From Candidatus Eiseniibacteriota bacterium (GTDB taxonomy: Bacteria; Eisenbacteria; RBG-16-71-46; SZUA-252): a stretch of DNA of 64,000 nucleotides. Below the pieces are notes generated by a model that was not told where the DNA came from, searched no databases, and saw nothing but the letters and a program-made list of their open reading frames with translations. Positions 62,124-64,000 of this stretch are shown here, piece after piece (position 1 is the stretch's first letter; every line of letters begins with the position of its first letter). The stretch is taken from positions 2,144,001 to 2,208,000 of the forward strand of contig OY969801.1 in assembly GCA_963703225.1 (NCBI GenBank), read 5' to 3'. Made by a program: the position numbers and the translations under genes.

Positions 62124-63714
62124 TTACCTCGGCGTGGAGGGATAGGCCTGGGCGCGATCGACCCAGCCGTTGTCGAGGAGCCATTGGGCGTGCGCCCGGG
62201 CCTCGGCCTCGGTCGCGAAGTGCCCCACGAACACGCGGTAATACCCCGACGAGTTCGCGGCGGACTCATACCAGGCGTCGGCCCCGCGCAGCCGTAGCTG
62301 ACGCACCAGCTCCTGCACCTTCTCCTCCGATTTGAAGGAAGCAACGTGGACTCGAAACGGCGTGTCGGGCGTGGGAGCGGTGGGCGGGATGCCCCGCGCA
62401 TCGGACGTCGGCGCGCCCGGCGTCTCACCGCCCGCCGTCGTCGACGGAGGCGGCGCGGGCTCGACTTGCGAAGGGGGCAGCGTCGGCTCGGAATTGGCGT
62501 CCGGCGGGGGCGTGGCCTCCGGCTGGACGGGCAGCACCCGCTCCGTTCCGGCGGGGAGCGTCTCCCCGTCCAGCGGGACGTCCGGGCGGCGCAGGACGAC
62601 GACCCCGATGCTCGCGGCCACCAGGGCGCCCACGGCGATCCCCGCGATCAGCCCCGCGCGCGACCGGCGTCGGGGCCGTCGGTAGGTCGTGCCGCCGAGC
62701 CGGACCTCCCGGTCGAGAACGGCGGCGAGGTCGTGATCGTCCGGCTCGTCGACGGACTCGGGCCGGACCCGAGGGTCAACGCGATGCCGAGCGGGCGAGG
62801 GCCGGTCCGCTCGAGACGCGGGAGTCGGCGCCATCGGCGCAGGCCCCGCCGCGGGCTCGTGCGCGGTCCGCGTCGGCGGCGCTCCGGGAGCGGACGACGC
62901 TTCGGGCGCGGGCGACGCTGCGGGAGCGGGAGCGGCCGATAGAGGGGCGGCCGGCGTCTCTTCCGGCGGCCTCTCCGCCCGAAACCTCCTCGGCTCGGCG
63001 GTCGGCTCAATCCCGACACAGCCGATGATCGGCGCGTCCGAGCCCCACAATTCCAGAAAGGCGTCCTTCAGCTCGGCTCGGCCGATCCGCTCGATGGAGG
63101 CGGCCAGGAGCACGCCGTCCATCCGCTTGGAGAGCCGCCCGACAAAGCCCCGCCGATCGAGAAGCGGCGCGACGAAGAACGTGACGTCGACGTGGGAGGC
63201 CAGGCCGCGCGCGGCCCGCTCCCAGTCGGGGTGGTCGACGATGCGGTCCGGGTCGGGAGGATGGCTCCCCGGGCCGATGAGCCAGAGGCCGTCCGCGACG
63301 ATCTCCCAGGCCACGCGCCGGAACGAGCAGCCGTACTCGAGCACGTCGAGGAGCCCCTCGTTCGGGTGAGGGCGGGGGCGGACGACGGTGGGATTCCAGA
63401 AGTCGAGATCGACGACGCGCGATCCGAAGCCCCCGTCGGCTCCACTCCCGCGCGATGGCGAGCCCGGTCGTGAAGCACTCGGGGTCATCGGGGAATCCAG
63501 CCAGAAGGAGGGTGCGGAGCGTCAACGATTGTCGGGTCTCGACCAGGCCGTCCACCACCGCCGCGAGGTCCGGAGGCGCGAGAACGCGGAGGAGGGCGGA
63601 GAGGTTGGCGCCGCTGGGGACCGGCTCGACGTGAGAGGTCCCGAGGAGCGGCAGATTGACCTCGCGCGCAAAGCTCTGGGGATCGGCGTAGCGCTCGACG
63701 TCCGTCTGAATCAC
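62124..63714 (-). CDS. Degenerate CpsD/CapB (BY-kinase)-like domain + Pro-rich linker + TM + SPOR domain, frameshift near 63417
   Basis: Joined reading: LAIAREWSRRGLRIA|VVDLDFWNP..EGLLDVL..LWLIGPG..PPDP..DGVLL..PIIGCV; TM GLIAGIAVGALVAASIGVVVL; SPOR F.VHVASF...YYRVFVG.F. Confidence 0.75.
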
Positions 63715-64000
63715 CCGATTCCCCTCCCTTCCGCTAGCGCCCGGACGAGCGACACGATCAGCCGCGGAACCTCTTGCTTCGAGACGGTCCGCATGTCGAG
63801 GAGCAGGCGGTCCGATTCGACGCGCCCCAGTACCGGATCGGGGCCGAGCCGAAGCGCGCGAGCCAGATCCGCAATCTTCCCCCGCGGCGCGCGGATCGCC
63901 ACTGCGTAGGACGCGACGCGCGCGAGCGGCATCGATCCGCCACCGACCTCGGCGGTGCAGGCTATCACCTCCGGGACGGTCTTTACAGCTGTTCCGCGGC
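63711..64000 (-). CDS. selA: L-seryl-tRNA(Sec) selenium transferase, C-terminal part (runs off the right edge)
   Basis: EVGGGSMP...S.AV, LA..LR...PVLGRV..DRLLLDMRTV. Confidence 0.8.
   Translation of the reverse strand, partial: RGTAVKTVPEVIACTAEVGGGSMPLARVASYAVAIRAPRGKIADLARALRLGPDPVLGRVESDRLLLDMRTVSKQEVPRLIVSLVRALAEGRGIG

Overview
This is a GC-rich, gene-dense chromosomal segment read mostly on the minus strand. It probably comes from a diderm of the FCB-associated candidate phyla (Eisenbacteria-like); this is inferred from an FlgD-tailed secreted protein, a TPR-sigma54 activator and bacillithiol genes. From left to right it holds: a ~17 kb envelope/protein glycosylation cluster (GT2/GT4 enzymes, polyprenol-phosphate-mannose synthase, YfhO and DUF2723/TMEM260-type GT-C proteins, a flippase-like protein, an epimerase); nusB and the ribD-ribE-ribBA-ribH operon under an FMN riboswitch with an intrinsic terminator; a large secreted FlgD-domain protein, a TPR/SLH lipoprotein, radC and a SurA/PpiC chaperone; an NtrC-type response regulator followed by a candidate sigma54-dependent sRNA; mgtE; lipA, lpdA, an fRMsr-like GAF protein, slipin, nfeD and a UroD-like protein; a two-gene outer-membrane insert; bshA, bshC, an MBL hydrolase, a methyltransferase and add; a partial complex I cluster (nuoI-ZIP-nuoB-nuoD-nuoF-nuoG); a TPR-AAA+-Fis regulator lacking GAFTGA, preceded by a small secreted peptide gene; a GGDEF protein; and ftsY (with an internal 33-bp tandem repeat), smc, a pseudo-BY-kinase-SPOR fusion and the 3' end of selA. 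About a dozen genes, including smc and lpdA, carry single-base frameshifts that look like long-read indel errors. The best candidates for new biology are the peptide + TPR activator pair (55.6-52.7 kb), the sigma54 sRNA (29.6-29.85 kb), the complex I operon limited to electron-transfer subunits, and a D(S/T)-motif protein O-mannosylation system.
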